Below are positions 32,720 through 42,359 of a DNA stretch of 46,689 nt, one piece after another; within the stretch, counting starts at the first letter, position 1; each line of letters opens with the position of its first letter. The notes beneath the pieces were generated by a model. That model had not been told where the DNA came from and ran no database searches. It worked only from the letters and a program-made list of their open reading frames with translations. Made by a program: the position numbers and the translations under genes. Origin of the DNA: Gemmatimonadales bacterium. GTDB taxonomy: Bacteria; Gemmatimonadota; Gemmatimonadetes; Gemmatimonadales; GWC2-71-9. The DNA is taken from contig JBBQDU010000001.1 in NCBI GenBank assembly GCA_038320055.1, forward strand, positions 1-46,689, read 5' to 3'.

Positions 32720-33508
32720 TTGACACCGCCCCGGGCGGCTTCTAACCTGACTCACCGACCGTCATTCTCCGAGGCCCGCCTGACCGAGCTCGAGCGCTTC
32801 TTCCGCCGTCTCGTCGCCAACGTGGTGGACACCGATCCGGCGCTCCTCCATCGCCCGATCCCGCTTGAGGACATTCACCGGTCGCTCGTCCCCTATCGCA
32901 CCAACCGGCGGGCGCTCCAGCTCGAGAGCAGCGAGGACTACGAGATGGTCCTGCTCCGGCTGTGCGCCGGGGAGGGATCGCTGGTCCGGACTGAGCCGGA
33001 GGAGGCGCGCGCCCGGTTCGAGCGCGAGCTCGGGACCCCGAACCCCGACCTCGGCATCCTGCACCGGGTAGAGAACGTCGAGGTGTCGATCCGGCCCGAG
33101 CCGCTCGCCCGGGCGCTGGCCCCCGAGCGCGACCCCGACGGGCCCTATACGCCTCCGGCGCAGTTCGCCCCGATGCCGCCTCCGATCGCCGGGCTCGACT
33201 TGCCGGAACCCGAGCCGCTCCTCGACGACGAGCTCGAGCTGCCCACGCCCGAGCCGCCGACCGACGACGGGCTCGATCTCGACGGCTTCGGCGCCGTCGA
33301 GCCGGAGCCGGAGTCCCAGGCGCTCGCCGCGCCGCTCGCGCCCGAGTGCCACCATTGCGGCGAGAGCCTGCCCGCCGGCCGGCCCGTCCGCTTCTGCCCG
33401 CACTGCGGCCAGCGCCAGGCGCCTCCCGAGTGCCCGCAGTGCCATGGCGAGGTGGAGCCCGGGTGGCGACACTGCGTCGGCTGCGGGGCGCCGCTGGCCG
33501 GCGGGTAG
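32720..33508 (+). CDS. Hypothetical protein with an acidic Pro/Glu-rich linker and a C-terminal double zinc ribbon
   Basis: The C-terminus CHHCGESL....RFCPHCGQ....CPQCHGEV..GWRHCVGCGAPL provides four CxxC pairs. The listed start is a TTG, so the true start is uncertain. Confidence 0.5.
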   Translation: MTPPRAASNLTHRPSFSEARLTELERFFRRLVANVVDTDPALLHRPIPLEDIHRSLVPYRTNRRALQLESSEDYEMVLLRLCAGEGSLVRTEPEEARARFERELGTPNPDLGILHRVENVEVSIRPEPLARALAPERDPDGPYTPPAQFAPMPPPIAGLDLPEPEPLLDDELELPTPEPPTDDGLDLDGFGAVEPEPESQALAAPLAPECHHCGESLPAGRPVRFCPHCGQRQAPPECPQCHGEVEPGWRHCVGCGAPLAGG

Positions 33509-33552
33509 CTCGCGTCGCCGCGTTCGGGATTCCGCTTTTGTGAGGTAGCCCC

Positions 33553-34809
33553 GTGTCCTGGTATTCCAGCCTTCGCCCGAACGAGGTGGTCGCGGTCATC
33601 ATGGGCGGCGGCGCCGGTACCCGCCTCTTCCCCCTGACCAAGGACCGCGCGAAGCCCGCGGTTCCGCTGGCCGGGAAATACCGCCTGGTCGACATCCCCA
33701 TCAGCAACTGCCTCAACTCCGACCTGCGCCGGATCTTCCTGCTGACGCAGTTCAACAGTGGCTCCCTGCACCGGCACGTCCAGGAGAGCTACCGCTTCGA
33801 CACCTTTTCCCCCGGTTTCGTGGAGATCCTTGCGGCCGAGCAGCGGATCGATCGCACCGACTGGTATCAGGGCACTGCCGACGCCGTGCGGCAGAACCTG
33901 CTGCACATCGATTCGTACGGGCACAAGCTCGTCCTCATTCTCTCGGGCGACCAGCTCTACCGGATGAACTATCACACCATCCTCGAGCAGCACGTGGCCA
34001 GCGGCGCCGAGGTGACGGTGGCGACCACGCCCGTGCGGGCGGACGTCGCAGGTGGCTTCGGCATCATGGAGGTGGGAGAGGGCGGGCGGATCACCCGCTT
34101 CGTCGAGAAACCGACCGATCCCGCCGTCCAGGCCACGCTCCGCGGCTACCCGGATGAGCTGCCCGCCTCGATGGGGATCTACGTCTTCAACCGCGATTCG
34201 CTGGCCGACGCGCTGGCCGGAAGCGAGGTGGATTTCGGCAAGCACATCATCCCGAAGCTGATCGAGACCCGCCGCGTGCATGCCTATCGCCACGGAGGAT
34301 ACTGGGAGGACATCGGCACCATCCGTGCATTCTACGACGCCAATCTCGACCTCTGCGAGCCGCTGCCGCAGTTCAATTTCTACGACGCGAGCGCTCCCAT
34401 CTACACCCACGCGCGCTACCTGCCGGCCACGAAGATCATCAAGAGTCAGATCGAGCGCTCGGTCATCGCCGACGGCTGCATCATCAACGATGCCCTGATC
34501 GAGCATTCGCTGGTCGGGGTCCGGAGCCGGATCCAAGCCGGCGCCACCATCCGCGATTCGCTCCTGATGGGACAGGACTATTACGATACCCCCGAGCGGG
34601 CGCCCGCCCCGGGTGCCCCCACGATAGGGATCGGCCACGGCACCTGGATCGAGCGAACCATCGTGGACAAGAACGCCCGCATCGGCGATCAGGTCCGGAT
34701 CACACCGGACGGCAAGCCACCCTTTCTGGACGGTCCGAACTTCTATGTCCGGGACGGGATCGTGATCATCCCCAAGAACGCGGTGATCCCGAGCGGGACC
34801 GTGATCTGA
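33553..34809 (+). CDS. glgC: Glucose-1-phosphate adenylyltransferase
   Basis: 418 aa. Contains VIMGGGAGTRLFPLTKDRAKPAVPLAGKYRLVDIPISNCLNS, WYQGTADAV, ILSGDQLYRM.Y, EKP, MGIYVF and WEDIGTI.AFY.AN. The start is a GTG preceded by GAGG. Confidence 0.93.
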   Translation: MSWYSSLRPNEVVAVIMGGGAGTRLFPLTKDRAKPAVPLAGKYRLVDIPISNCLNSDLRRIFLLTQFNSGSLHRHVQESYRFDTFSPGFVEILAAEQRIDRTDWYQGTADAVRQNLLHIDSYGHKLVLILSGDQLYRMNYHTILEQHVASGAEVTVATTPVRADVAGGFGIMEVGEGGRITRFVEKPTDPAVQATLRGYPDELPASMGIYVFNRDSLADALAGSEVDFGKHIIPKLIETRRVHAYRHGGYWEDIGTIRAFYDANLDLCEPLPQFNFYDASAPIYTHARYLPATKIIKSQIERSVIADGCIINDALIEHSLVGVRSRIQAGATIRDSLLMGQDYYDTPERAPAPGAPTIGIGHGTWIERTIVDKNARIGDQVRITPDGKPPFLDGPNFYVRDGIVIIPKNAVIPSGTVI

Positions 34810-34826
34810 CTTATATTTCCCGCAGC

Positions 34827-36035
34827 ATGCCTACCCCACGCGAGACCGGAGTCGTCTTCCTCTCCGGCGTACGTACCGGCTTCGGCGCCTTCGGCGGCGC
34901 CCTGAAAGACCTCTCGGCCACCGATCTGGGCGCCGTGGCCGCCAGGGCCGCGCTGGACCGTTCGGGCGTGGAGCGTTCCGAGGTCGATCACGTCGTTTTC
35001 GGGAACGTCCTCCAGACCTCGGCTGACGCCGCTTACCTCGCCCGCCACATTGGCCTGCGGGCGGAGCTCCCGGTCGAGACCCCGGCCCTGACCGTCAACC
35101 GGCTGTGCGGATCGGGATTCGAGGCGGTCATCCAGGGCGCGCAGCAGATCTGGCTGGGGGAGGCGCGAGTGGTGCTCGCCGGAGGCACCGAGTCGATGAG
35201 CCAGGCGCCGCACGTCGTGCGCGGCGCGCGCTGGGGACTTCGGCTGGGACCGGCCGCCCCGCTGGAGGACACGCTCTGGGAGGCACTTCGGGACGCCGGC
35301 TGCGGCCTCTCGATGGCGGAGACCGCGGAGAAGCTGGCGGAGCGCTACAAGATCTCGCGCGAGGCCGTGGACTGTTACGCCGCGCGCAGCCAGGCCTGCG
35401 CCAAGGCAGCCTGGGACGCAGGCACCTTCGCCGACGAGGTCGTGCCGGTGCCGGTGCGTGACCGGAAGACGCGAAAGGACGTCTCCTGGGCCGCCGACGA
35501 GCACATGCGCCCGGACACGACGCCGGAGGCCCTCTCGAAGCTGCCGCCCTACTTCCGGAAGGATGGCGTCGTGACGGCGGGCAACGCATCCGGCATCTGT
35601 GATGGCGCCGCTGCCCTCGTCGTCGCCGACGAGGCGTTCGCCCGCGAGCGCGGGCTCCGTCCCATCGGGCGCCTGCTGGGATGGGGCGTGGCCGGTGTCG
35701 ACCCGACCATCATGGGTATCGGTCCGGTGCCCGCGTCGCGCCGGGCACTGGCGCACGCCAGCCTGGCGCTCGAGGACATGGATCTCGTGGAGATCAACGA
35801 GGCGTTCGCCGCGCAATACCTCGCGGTGGAACAGGAGCTGGGGCTCGACCGCGAGCGCACCAACGTGGACGGTGGCGCCGTGGCCATCGGTCATCCGCTG
35901 GGGGCCAGCGGCGCGCGGATCACCCTGCATCTGCTCCACGCTCTCCGGCGCCGCGGCGGCCGGTACGGCCTCGGCGCCGCCTGCATCGGCGGCGGTCAGG
36001 GCGCCGCAGTGGTCGTGGAAGCCTTGCCGGCCTGA
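34827..36035 (+). CDS. Acetyl-CoA C-acetyltransferase (thiolase II)
   Basis: 402 aa. Contains [11 protein letters not shown] (active-site Cys), [38 protein letters not shown] and [12 protein letters not shown]. Confidence 0.93.
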   Translation: MPTPRETGVVFLSGVRTGFGAFGGALKDLSATDLGAVAARAALDRSGVERSEVDHVVFGNVLQTSADAAYLARHIGLRAELPVETPALTVNRLCGSGFEAVIQGAQQIWLGEARVVLAGGTESMSQAPHVVRGARWGLRLGPAAPLEDTLWEALRDAGCGLSMAETAEKLAERYKISREAVDCYAARSQACAKAAWDAGTFADEVVPVPVRDRKTRKDVSWAADEHMRPDTTPEALSKLPPYFRKDGVVTAGNASGICDGAAALVVADEAFARERGLRPIGRLLGWGVAGVDPTIMGIGPVPASRRALAHASLALEDMDLVEINEAFAAQYLAVEQELGLDRERTNVDGGAVAIGHPLGASGARITLHLLHALRRRGGRYGLGAACIGGGQGAAVVVEALPA

Positions 36036-36045
36036 GGATCGACCC

Positions 36046-36918
36046 ATGGATGTGGTGCTGCCGCTGCTGTTGGCGTCCGTCGTCTATTCGTTCGTGAGCC
36101 TGCGCGTCGTGCGCCAGTACGAGCGCGGCGTGGCGTTCTTCCTGGGGCGCTACTGGGGCACGAAGGGTCCGGGCCTGATCTTCCTGCCCGCCGGCCTCGC
36201 CGTCCAGAAGCGCGTGTCGCTCCGGATCATGGCGCTCGACATCCCGCCCCAGGACGTGATCACCCGCGACAACGTCTCGGTCAAGGTCAACGCGGTGCTG
36301 TACATGCGAGTGACCGATCCCGCCAAGGCCATCATCGAGATCGAGGACTACCTCTACGCCACGAGCCAGCTCGCGCAGACCACGCTCCGCTCGGTCCTGG
36401 GCGAGGTCGAGCTCGACGAGCTGCTTTCCGACCGCGAGAAGATCAACGCGGTGCTCAAGAAGATCATCGACGAGCGCACCGATCCCTGGGGCATCGAGGT
36501 CTCCGCGGTCGAGGTCAAGGACGTCGACCTCCCCGATCAGATGAAGCGCGCCATGGCCCGGCAGGCCGAGGCGGAGCGCGAGCGGCGGGCCAAGGTGATC
36601 GCCGCGCAGGGCGAGTTGCAGGCATCCGAAACGCTGGCGCAGGCGGCCAAGACGCTCGCCAAGGAGCCGATCTCCATCCAGCTCCGGTATCTGCAGACGG
36701 TCACCGAGATCGCCGCTGAAAACAACTCGACCACGATCTTTCCCATTCCGATCGAGCTCTTCAAGCCCTTCCTCCAGGCCCAGACCCGGGCGGAGCGCCC
36801 GGCGCTGCCCCGCGTGGACGACGCCGAGGCGCCCGGCCCCGCGCTCCCCGCCGGCGATATCTCCACCCTGATGTCCCAGCTCCGCCTCGGCGAGCCCCGG
36901 ACGCCGCCGAAGGAGTAG
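36046..36918 (+). CDS. SPFH/Band-7 (stomatin-like) membrane protein
   Basis: 290 aa from ATG 36046 with an N-terminal TM helix. Contains [68 protein letters not shown] and [14 protein letters not shown]. The upstream part of the listed ORF (35599..) overlaps the thiolase gene out of frame. Confidence 0.88.
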   Translation: MDVVLPLLLASVVYSFVSLRVVRQYERGVAFFLGRYWGTKGPGLIFLPAGLAVQKRVSLRIMALDIPPQDVITRDNVSVKVNAVLYMRVTDPAKAIIEIEDYLYATSQLAQTTLRSVLGEVELDELLSDREKINAVLKKIIDERTDPWGIEVSAVEVKDVDLPDQMKRAMARQAEAERERRAKVIAAQGELQASETLAQAAKTLAKEPISIQLRYLQTVTEIAAENNSTTIFPIPIELFKPFLQAQTRAERPALPRVDDAEAPGPALPAGDISTLMSQLRLGEPRTPPKE

Positions 36919-36919
36919 C

Positions 36920-37750
36920 ATGGGCGACGGGACGCCGGCCCGGATCGATCGCGCCGCCCTGGAGCGGATCATCCAGCGGGCCGCCGAGCTGCAGACCGCC
37001 AACCGCGACATCGCTGACGAGCTCACGCCCGACCAGGTGCTGGCGCTCGGTCGCGAGGTCGGGATCCCCGGCCGCTATCTCCAGCAGGCCCTGCTCGAGG
37101 AGCGGACGCGAATCGTGGCGGTCGAGCCGTCGGGTACGTGGGAGCGCCTGGCCGGACCCGGCCGTGCGGCGGCGCAGCGCGCCGTGCCCGGCACGGTGGC
37201 CGCCATCGAGGCGGATCTGGTGGAGTGGATGGAAGAGAAGGAGCTGTTCTGCGTCCAGCGGCGGCAGCCGGGGCGGATCACCTGGGAGCCCCTCGGCGGG
37301 ATGGCCGCGGCCGTGCGGCGGTCCACGGCGGCGTTCCGCCGGGGTCACACCGCGCTGATGCTCGCCCGGGCCGACACCGTGTCCGGCACGATCCTCCCGC
37401 TCGAGGACGGCTGGTGCCAGGTGACCCTCACCGCCGAGACGCGGCGCGCGCGGACGGAATTCGTCGGCGGAGGAGCCGCGCTGGCCGGGGCGGGGATGGC
37501 CAGCGCCGGCATCATGGTGGCCCTCGGCGCCCTGCTGCCGGTGGCGCTGCTTCCGGTCCCCGTGGCCCTCGGCCTCGGCTACGGCGTGGCGCGGCAGTAT
37601 CGCTCCGCGCTGTCGCGGATCCAGCTCGGCCTCGAGCGCGCCCTGGATCAGTTGGAGCACCGCGGCTCACCGCCCGAGCGCGCGCTTCCCCGGCGTCCGG
37701 CGGGCCTGCTGGGCGTGCTGGCGGAGGAGATCCGGCGGTCGCTACGCTAG
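36920..37750 (+). CDS. Hypothetical protein with a C-terminal TM hairpin; translationally coupled to the SPFH gene
   Basis: 276 aa. The ATG lies 1 nt after the SPFH TAG. A soluble N-terminal region is followed by GGGAALAGAGMASAGIMVALGALLPVALLPVPVALGLGYGV (two helices). It is not NfeD-like by eye. Confidence 0.5.
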   Translation: MGDGTPARIDRAALERIIQRAAELQTANRDIADELTPDQVLALGREVGIPGRYLQQALLEERTRIVAVEPSGTWERLAGPGRAAAQRAVPGTVAAIEADLVEWMEEKELFCVQRRQPGRITWEPLGGMAAAVRRSTAAFRRGHTALMLARADTVSGTILPLEDGWCQVTLTAETRRARTEFVGGGAALAGAGMASAGIMVALGALLPVALLPVPVALGLGYGVARQYRSALSRIQLGLERALDQLEHRGSPPERALPRRPAGLLGVLAEEIRRSLR

Positions 37751-37787
37751 CGCGACGCCCCTTCAAGCATCGATGACAGGAGCGCCC

Positions 37788-38675
37788 ATGCCCGACATCT
37801 CCCGCGTCGGCGTCCTCGGTTGCGGACTCATGGGCGCCGGCATTGCCCAGGCCGCGGCGTCGGCCGGTTTTCCGACCGTCGTGCGCGACGTCGAGGCCGG
37901 CTTCCTGGCCCGGGGCGAGCGCGCCATCGTCCAGTCCCTCGCCAAGCTCGTCGAAAAGGCCAAGCTCGACGCTGCCGCGCGCGACGCCGCGCTGGAACGC
38001 CTGGCCTTCACGACCGATCTCGACCCGCTGGCCGAGTGCGACCTGATCGTCGAAGCGGTCACCGAGGACCTCGCGCTCAAGTCCGAGCTCTGGCGCATGC
38101 TCGATCCGCGCTGCCCGGCCGCCACGATCTTCGCCTCCAATACCTCCAGCCTCTCGATTGGCGACATGGCCGCCGCGACGGCCCGTCCCGACCGGTTCAT
38201 CGGCCTGCACTTCTTCAACCCGGTGCCGCTCATGCCGCTGGTGGAGGTCGTGCGGGCCGTGAGCACTTCGAGCGAGGTGTTCGAGCGGACGATGGCGTTC
38301 GCGCGGGCGCTGGGGAAGGAGCCCGTCGCGGCGCGCGACCGCTCGGGCTTCGTGGTGAACCGCCTGCTGGTCCCCTACCTGCTCGACGCCGTGCGCGCGC
38401 TCGAGCAAGGCGTCGCCTCGACGGCCGACATCGATCGCGGCATGCGGCTCGGCTGCGGTCATCCCATGGGCCCGCTCACGCTCGCCGACTTCGTCGGCCT
38501 CGACACGATCGTGCGGATCGCGGAGATCATGTTCGACGAATACCGGGAGCCGCGATTCGCTCCGCCGCCCCTGCTGCGCCGGATGGTGGCGGCCGGGTGG
38601 CATGGCCGGAAATCGGGCCGGGGGTTTTATGATTATGCGACCGACCCAGCGCACCCTGTCGACCTGGGACTCTGA
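37788..38675 (+). CDS. 3-hydroxyacyl/3-hydroxybutyryl-CoA dehydrogenase
   Basis: Contains VGVLGCGLMGAGIAQ (Rossmann), EAV.EDLALK, ASNTSSLSI, IGLHFFNPVP.M.LVE, V.RD..GF..NRLL.PY and GMRLGCGHPMGPL.LADFVGLD. ATG 37788 is preceded by AGGAG, so it is preferred over ATG 37773. Confidence 0.9.
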   Translation: MPDISRVGVLGCGLMGAGIAQAAASAGFPTVVRDVEAGFLARGERAIVQSLAKLVEKAKLDAAARDAALERLAFTTDLDPLAECDLIVEAVTEDLALKSELWRMLDPRCPAATIFASNTSSLSIGDMAAATARPDRFIGLHFFNPVPLMPLVEVVRAVSTSSEVFERTMAFARALGKEPVAARDRSGFVVNRLLVPYLLDAVRALEQGVASTADIDRGMRLGCGHPMGPLTLADFVGLDTIVRIAEIMFDEYREPRFAPPPLLRRMVAAGWHGRKSGRGFYDYATDPAHPVDLGL

Positions 38676-38684
38676 GGAGATTCG

Positions 38685-39320
38685 ATGCTCGGCTTCGACT
38701 GGCCCCGGCTCCACGCCGCCCTCAACGATCTGCCTGCCGCCCTCCTGCTGGCGGCGGTGCTCTTCGAGCTGGCCGGGACCGTCACCCGGCGGGCGACGCT
38801 TCGCACCGCCGGGTTCTGGACGCTGATGCTCGGCGTGGTCGGCGGGGCGCTGGCCGTGGTCTCGGGACTTCAGGCCGAGGACCACATCGCCCACGGCGAG
38901 GCGGTGCATCAGGTGATGGAAACGCACGAGGAGCTCGCCCTCATCACGGTGGGCATCTTCGCGGTGCTCGCGCTCTGGCGGATCGTGCGGGAGAAGCGGA
39001 TGGGAGGCACCGAGCGGGCGCTCGCGCTGGCGCTCTCGCTGGGCGGCGTGGGGATGCTCGTCGCGACCGGAACGTACGGCGGTCGGCTGGTCTTCGAGCA
39101 TGCGGCCGGAATCCCGACCGACGTGCTCCAGGCCGAGATGCGCGAGCGGTCGGAGGGTCACCACCACCACGGAGGCGAGGCGGCTGAGGCCGGCGAGGAC
39201 GATCACGCGGAGGCCTCGCCCGCCGTGACGGCCGACTCCGCCGCCGGGCCCTCGACGCCTCAGCCGACCGCGCCGGCCGGGCACACGCACGCGCCCGGCA
39301 CCCCCCCGCACAAGGACTGA
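38685..39320 (+). CDS. DUF2231-like membrane protein with a His-rich C-terminal tail
   Basis: 211 aa with four hydrophobic helices. The N-terminus HAALNDLPAALLLAAV is recalled as DUF2231-like. The tail reads SEGHHHHGGEAAEAGEDDHAE...GHTHAPGTPPHKD. Confidence 0.6.
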   Translation: MLGFDWPRLHAALNDLPAALLLAAVLFELAGTVTRRATLRTAGFWTLMLGVVGGALAVVSGLQAEDHIAHGEAVHQVMETHEELALITVGIFAVLALWRIVREKRMGGTERALALALSLGGVGMLVATGTYGGRLVFEHAAGIPTDVLQAEMRERSEGHHHHGGEAAEAGEDDHAEASPAVTADSAAGPSTPQPTAPAGHTHAPGTPPHKD

Positions 39321-39325
39321 CGGCG

Positions 39326-39895
39326 GTGCGTATCGTGGTGGCGGGGTGGACGCTGGCCGCGTTGGTCGCCTGTCAGCCGGCGACGACTCGGCCGCCCTTC
39401 CCGCCGGTTCCGCAGGCCGCGGTCACCGAGATGCGCCTGTCGCCGGGCGAGGCCACCCGCCTGCTGGCAGCGGCCCTTCAGGCGGACTCGATCCCCGCGA
39501 CCCGAGTGTACCTGCGTGACAGCTGGCTGGAAACGGGGTGGTTCGATCCGGCCAGCGGCCGGCCGACCGCCGCCCGACCGATCGGCGACGACGTGGTGCG
39601 CGTGCGCGCGTGGGCGGAACCCACGCACCCCGGGAACAGCAAGGTCACGGTCGAGACGACCTACCATCCGGCCGCGGATGCCTCGGTGCCCGAGCGCGAG
39701 CTCGACCGCCAGGTTCCGCGCGACCACGCGGTGGCGATCAAGGTTCGTGCGGTATTGCAGGAGTTGGTCAAGCGATACGGCGGCCCGCCGGCGCCCCCGC
39801 CGGCGGCACGACCTGATGTGGCCCCGAGGGCCGGCGAAGAGCCCGACGACGAGGCGCCCGCGGACGAGGAGGACGCCCCGGCGCCCGACGAGTGA
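39326..39895 (+). CDS. Hypothetical lipoprotein
   Basis: GTG start with lipobox LAALVAC. The C-terminus is acidic and Pro-rich. No recognisable domain. Confidence 0.45.
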   Translation: MRIVVAGWTLAALVACQPATTRPPFPPVPQAAVTEMRLSPGEATRLLAAALQADSIPATRVYLRDSWLETGWFDPASGRPTAARPIGDDVVRVRAWAEPTHPGNSKVTVETTYHPAADASVPERELDRQVPRDHAVAIKVRAVLQELVKRYGGPPAPPPAARPDVAPRAGEEPDDEAPADEEDAPAPDE

Positions 39896-39909
39896 GCGAG
39901 GCCGGCCCG

Positions 39910-40704
39910 CTACACTACGTAGGCCCGAACCCAGTCCTCGAGTTGTCCCAGATTCACTACGGCGTCCTTGCACGGTCCCGAGGGCAGCGTCATGGTCAGC
40001 CCCAGCACCGGGATCTTCCCCGCCACGTCGTGCAGTCCACTCACCATGTCCCGCTCGCACGCTACCGCCACCACCGCGCTCGGCCGGCGCTCCCGGATGA
40101 CTCGCCGCGCGAGCTGCCCGCGCGTGGCCACGAAGACGGGCACGCCGTACTTGCCCGCGACGCCCAGGACCCCGTCCAGCGTGTCCTTCGAGAGGCAGCG
40201 CGGTATGAGGAGGAGCAGCTCACCCTTCCCGACCTTCCGGCGGCGCAGCAGCGCGAGCGCGTTGTAGACCTTCACCGAGGCGTTCTCCACCCGGTCGCGA
40301 CGGCCGAAGCGCTCGGCGACGCGGGAGGTCAGGCGCATCAGCCGCAGGAACGGCCCTCGCTCGGCAAGGCGCTCGGGCAGGAGCGCGCGGCCCGTGGCAT
40401 AGGCGAGGAGGAGAACGCCCCACCAGAGCCAGAGTACGGTGCTCGCGATCGCGAACGTGGTCCAGAGGATGTGGGGAAGTGAGGGATGCAGGTCGGCAAA
40501 GCGGGGAGCGAAGAGATAGAGGCCGACGGCCACGAGGCCGAGGCCGACCAGCAGCGCCAGGGCCGACCACCCGAAGAAGAGTGTCGGCGGGGAGTCGTAG
40601 TTCCCCCGGTTCGGCAGCGGCTTTCCATCCCACTCGTCCCACTCGTGGCCGAGCCGGCGGTCCACATCGATGTGGATCAGCTGCGCGCGCGGGGTGTCCG
40701 ACAT
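39910..40704 (-). CDS. DUF116-family membrane protein
   Basis: 264 aa with two N-terminal TM helices followed by LLLLIPRCLSKD....A.KYG..V.VATRG..AR..I....P.AVVAVACERD...G......IPV.G......PC.D..V. I recall this layout as DUF116. Confidence 0.65.
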   Translation of the reverse strand: MSDTPRAQLIHIDVDRRLGHEWDEWDGKPLPNRGNYDSPPTLFFGWSALALLVGLGLVAVGLYLFAPRFADLHPSLPHILWTTFAIASTVLWLWWGVLLLAYATGRALLPERLAERGPFLRLMRLTSRVAERFGRRDRVENASVKVYNALALLRRRKVGKGELLLLIPRCLSKDTLDGVLGVAGKYGVPVFVATRGQLARRVIRERRPSAVVAVACERDMVSGLHDVAGKIPVLGLTMTLPSGPCKDAVVNLGQLEDWVRAYVV

Positions 40705-40731
40705 GGTGGAGAAGATAGTTACCTTTTGCCC

Positions 40732-42348
40732 ATGCTGCCTCCCCCGCCGATCCGGGGCCTCTATCGAACCGACCAGCGCGCTCGCGCCGCCTACGCCGAA
40801 GGCGCCGGGATCTTCCGGATCGTGCCCGCCGCGGTCTGCCTACCGCTCGACCCCGAGGATCTGGCGACGTTGATCGGCTGGGCGTCCGCCGAGCGCGTGC
40901 CGCTCGTGCCCCGGGGCGCGGGCAGCGCCATGGGTGGAGGTAACGTGGGCGACGGAGTCGTCGTCGACCTGACCGCCCTTCCGCGAAGACTCCAGGTGGA
41001 CGGCCCCCGGCGCCGGGCCCGGGCCAGCGCGAGCGTGACGCTCGCCGAGCTCAATGCCGAGGCCGACCTGGCGGGCCTTCGCCTGCCACCCGATCCCTCG
41101 AGCGGACGCTGGGCCACGCTCGGCGGCATGCTGTCGACCAACGCCGCCGGCGCGCGCACCGTGCGCTACGGCAGCGTGCGCCGGTGGGTGGAAGCGGTCG
41201 AGCTCATCACCGCCGACGGCCAGACCGTCGAGTTCCGCCGCGGCAGGCCGGCCCAGCCGGCTTCGTGGTCGGTCGAGCGGTTCGAGACCCATGCGGCGCC
41301 CGCGATCCGCGCCGCCGCGGACATGGTGCGCGCGCGGTTCCCGCGCACCCGGAAGAATGCGTCGGGGTACGCGCTCGACGCCTGGCTCGAGTCGGGCGAC
41401 CTGGTCGATCTGCTGGTCGGTGCCGAGGGCACGCTCGGCTTCGTGACCGCCGCGGAGTGGCGGCTCGATCCGGTGCCGGCGGCACGGGCCGGGCTTCGCG
41501 TCTCCCTCCGGAGCCTCGATGCGCTCGGCGACGCGGTCGCCGTCCTCCTCCAGCACGATCCCTCCGCCGTCGAGCTGCTCGACCGCACCTTTCTGGAGCT
41601 GGTCGGCGAGGCGGGCCCCGAGGCGGTGCTGCTGGTGGAGATCGAGCGCGAGGACGCCGAGGCGGCGCGGCGGGCCGTCGCGCGCGCCGCCGCCGCGGTC
41701 GCGCCCTGGGCCGAGAGCGTGGACACGGCGCCGACGCCGGCGGCGATCGAGCGGCTCTGGTCGCTCCGGCACGCCGCGAGCCCGATCCTCGCGGGGCTAC
41801 CCGAGACACGCCGCTCGCTCCAGGTCATCGAGGACGGCTGCGTGCCGGTCGAGCGCATGGGCGACTACGTGCGGGCCGTCCGGGAGGCGGCCGCCGAGCG
41901 CGGCCTTGCCGTGGTGATCTTCGGCCACGCCGGCGATGGCCACGTCCACGTGAATCTGCTGCCCGAGGTCGCGCGCGACGGCTGGGAGCAGGCGGTCGCC
42001 TCGCTGCTGGAGACGGTCACCGCGGCGCTCATCCGGCTGGGCGGTACGCCCTCGGGCGAGCACGGCGACGGCCGGCTTCGGGCGGGTCTCCTAGCCGGCG
42101 TCTACGGCGCCGAGGTCCTCGGTCTGTTCACGCGCGTCAAGGCGGCCTTCGATCCGCTCGGCATTCTCAATCCAGGCGTTATTCTTCCCTCGCTCGACGC
42201 ACCGCCTCCGATCAGCCGCCTCAAGCTCGGCAAGCTGGCGGCGGCGCTCCCGGACGACATCGCCCGCGCCCTCCGCGACATCGAGCGGCACGGCGGCTAC
42301 GCGCAAAGCCGCCTGGCGCTGGCCGACACCCCTTCGCCTCAACCCTGA
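40732..42348 (+). CDS. FAD-linked oxidase (GlcD / D-lactate dehydrogenase-like)
   Basis: 538 aa from ATG 40732. The FAD-binding PCMH region is P.AV..P.D.EDLATLI.WA..E.VPLVPRGAGS.M.GG, plus GGM.STNA.G.R...YG and GAEGTLG. The C-terminal region is GHAGDGH.H.N....SGEHGDG and DP.GILNPG. The upstream part of the listed ORF overlaps DUF116 antisense. Confidence 0.85.
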   Translation: MLPPPPIRGLYRTDQRARAAYAEGAGIFRIVPAAVCLPLDPEDLATLIGWASAERVPLVPRGAGSAMGGGNVGDGVVVDLTALPRRLQVDGPRRRARASASVTLAELNAEADLAGLRLPPDPSSGRWATLGGMLSTNAAGARTVRYGSVRRWVEAVELITADGQTVEFRRGRPAQPASWSVERFETHAAPAIRAAADMVRARFPRTRKNASGYALDAWLESGDLVDLLVGAEGTLGFVTAAEWRLDPVPAARAGLRVSLRSLDALGDAVAVLLQHDPSAVELLDRTFLELVGEAGPEAVLLVEIEREDAEAARRAVARAAAAVAPWAESVDTAPTPAAIERLWSLRHAASPILAGLPETRRSLQVIEDGCVPVERMGDYVRAVREAAAERGLAVVIFGHAGDGHVHVNLLPEVARDGWEQAVASLLETVTAALIRLGGTPSGEHGDGRLRAGLLAGVYGAEVLGLFTRVKAAFDPLGILNPGVILPSLDAPPPISRLKLGKLAAALPDDIARALRDIERHGGYAQSRLALADTPSPQP

Positions 42349-42359
42349 CCCCACACCCC

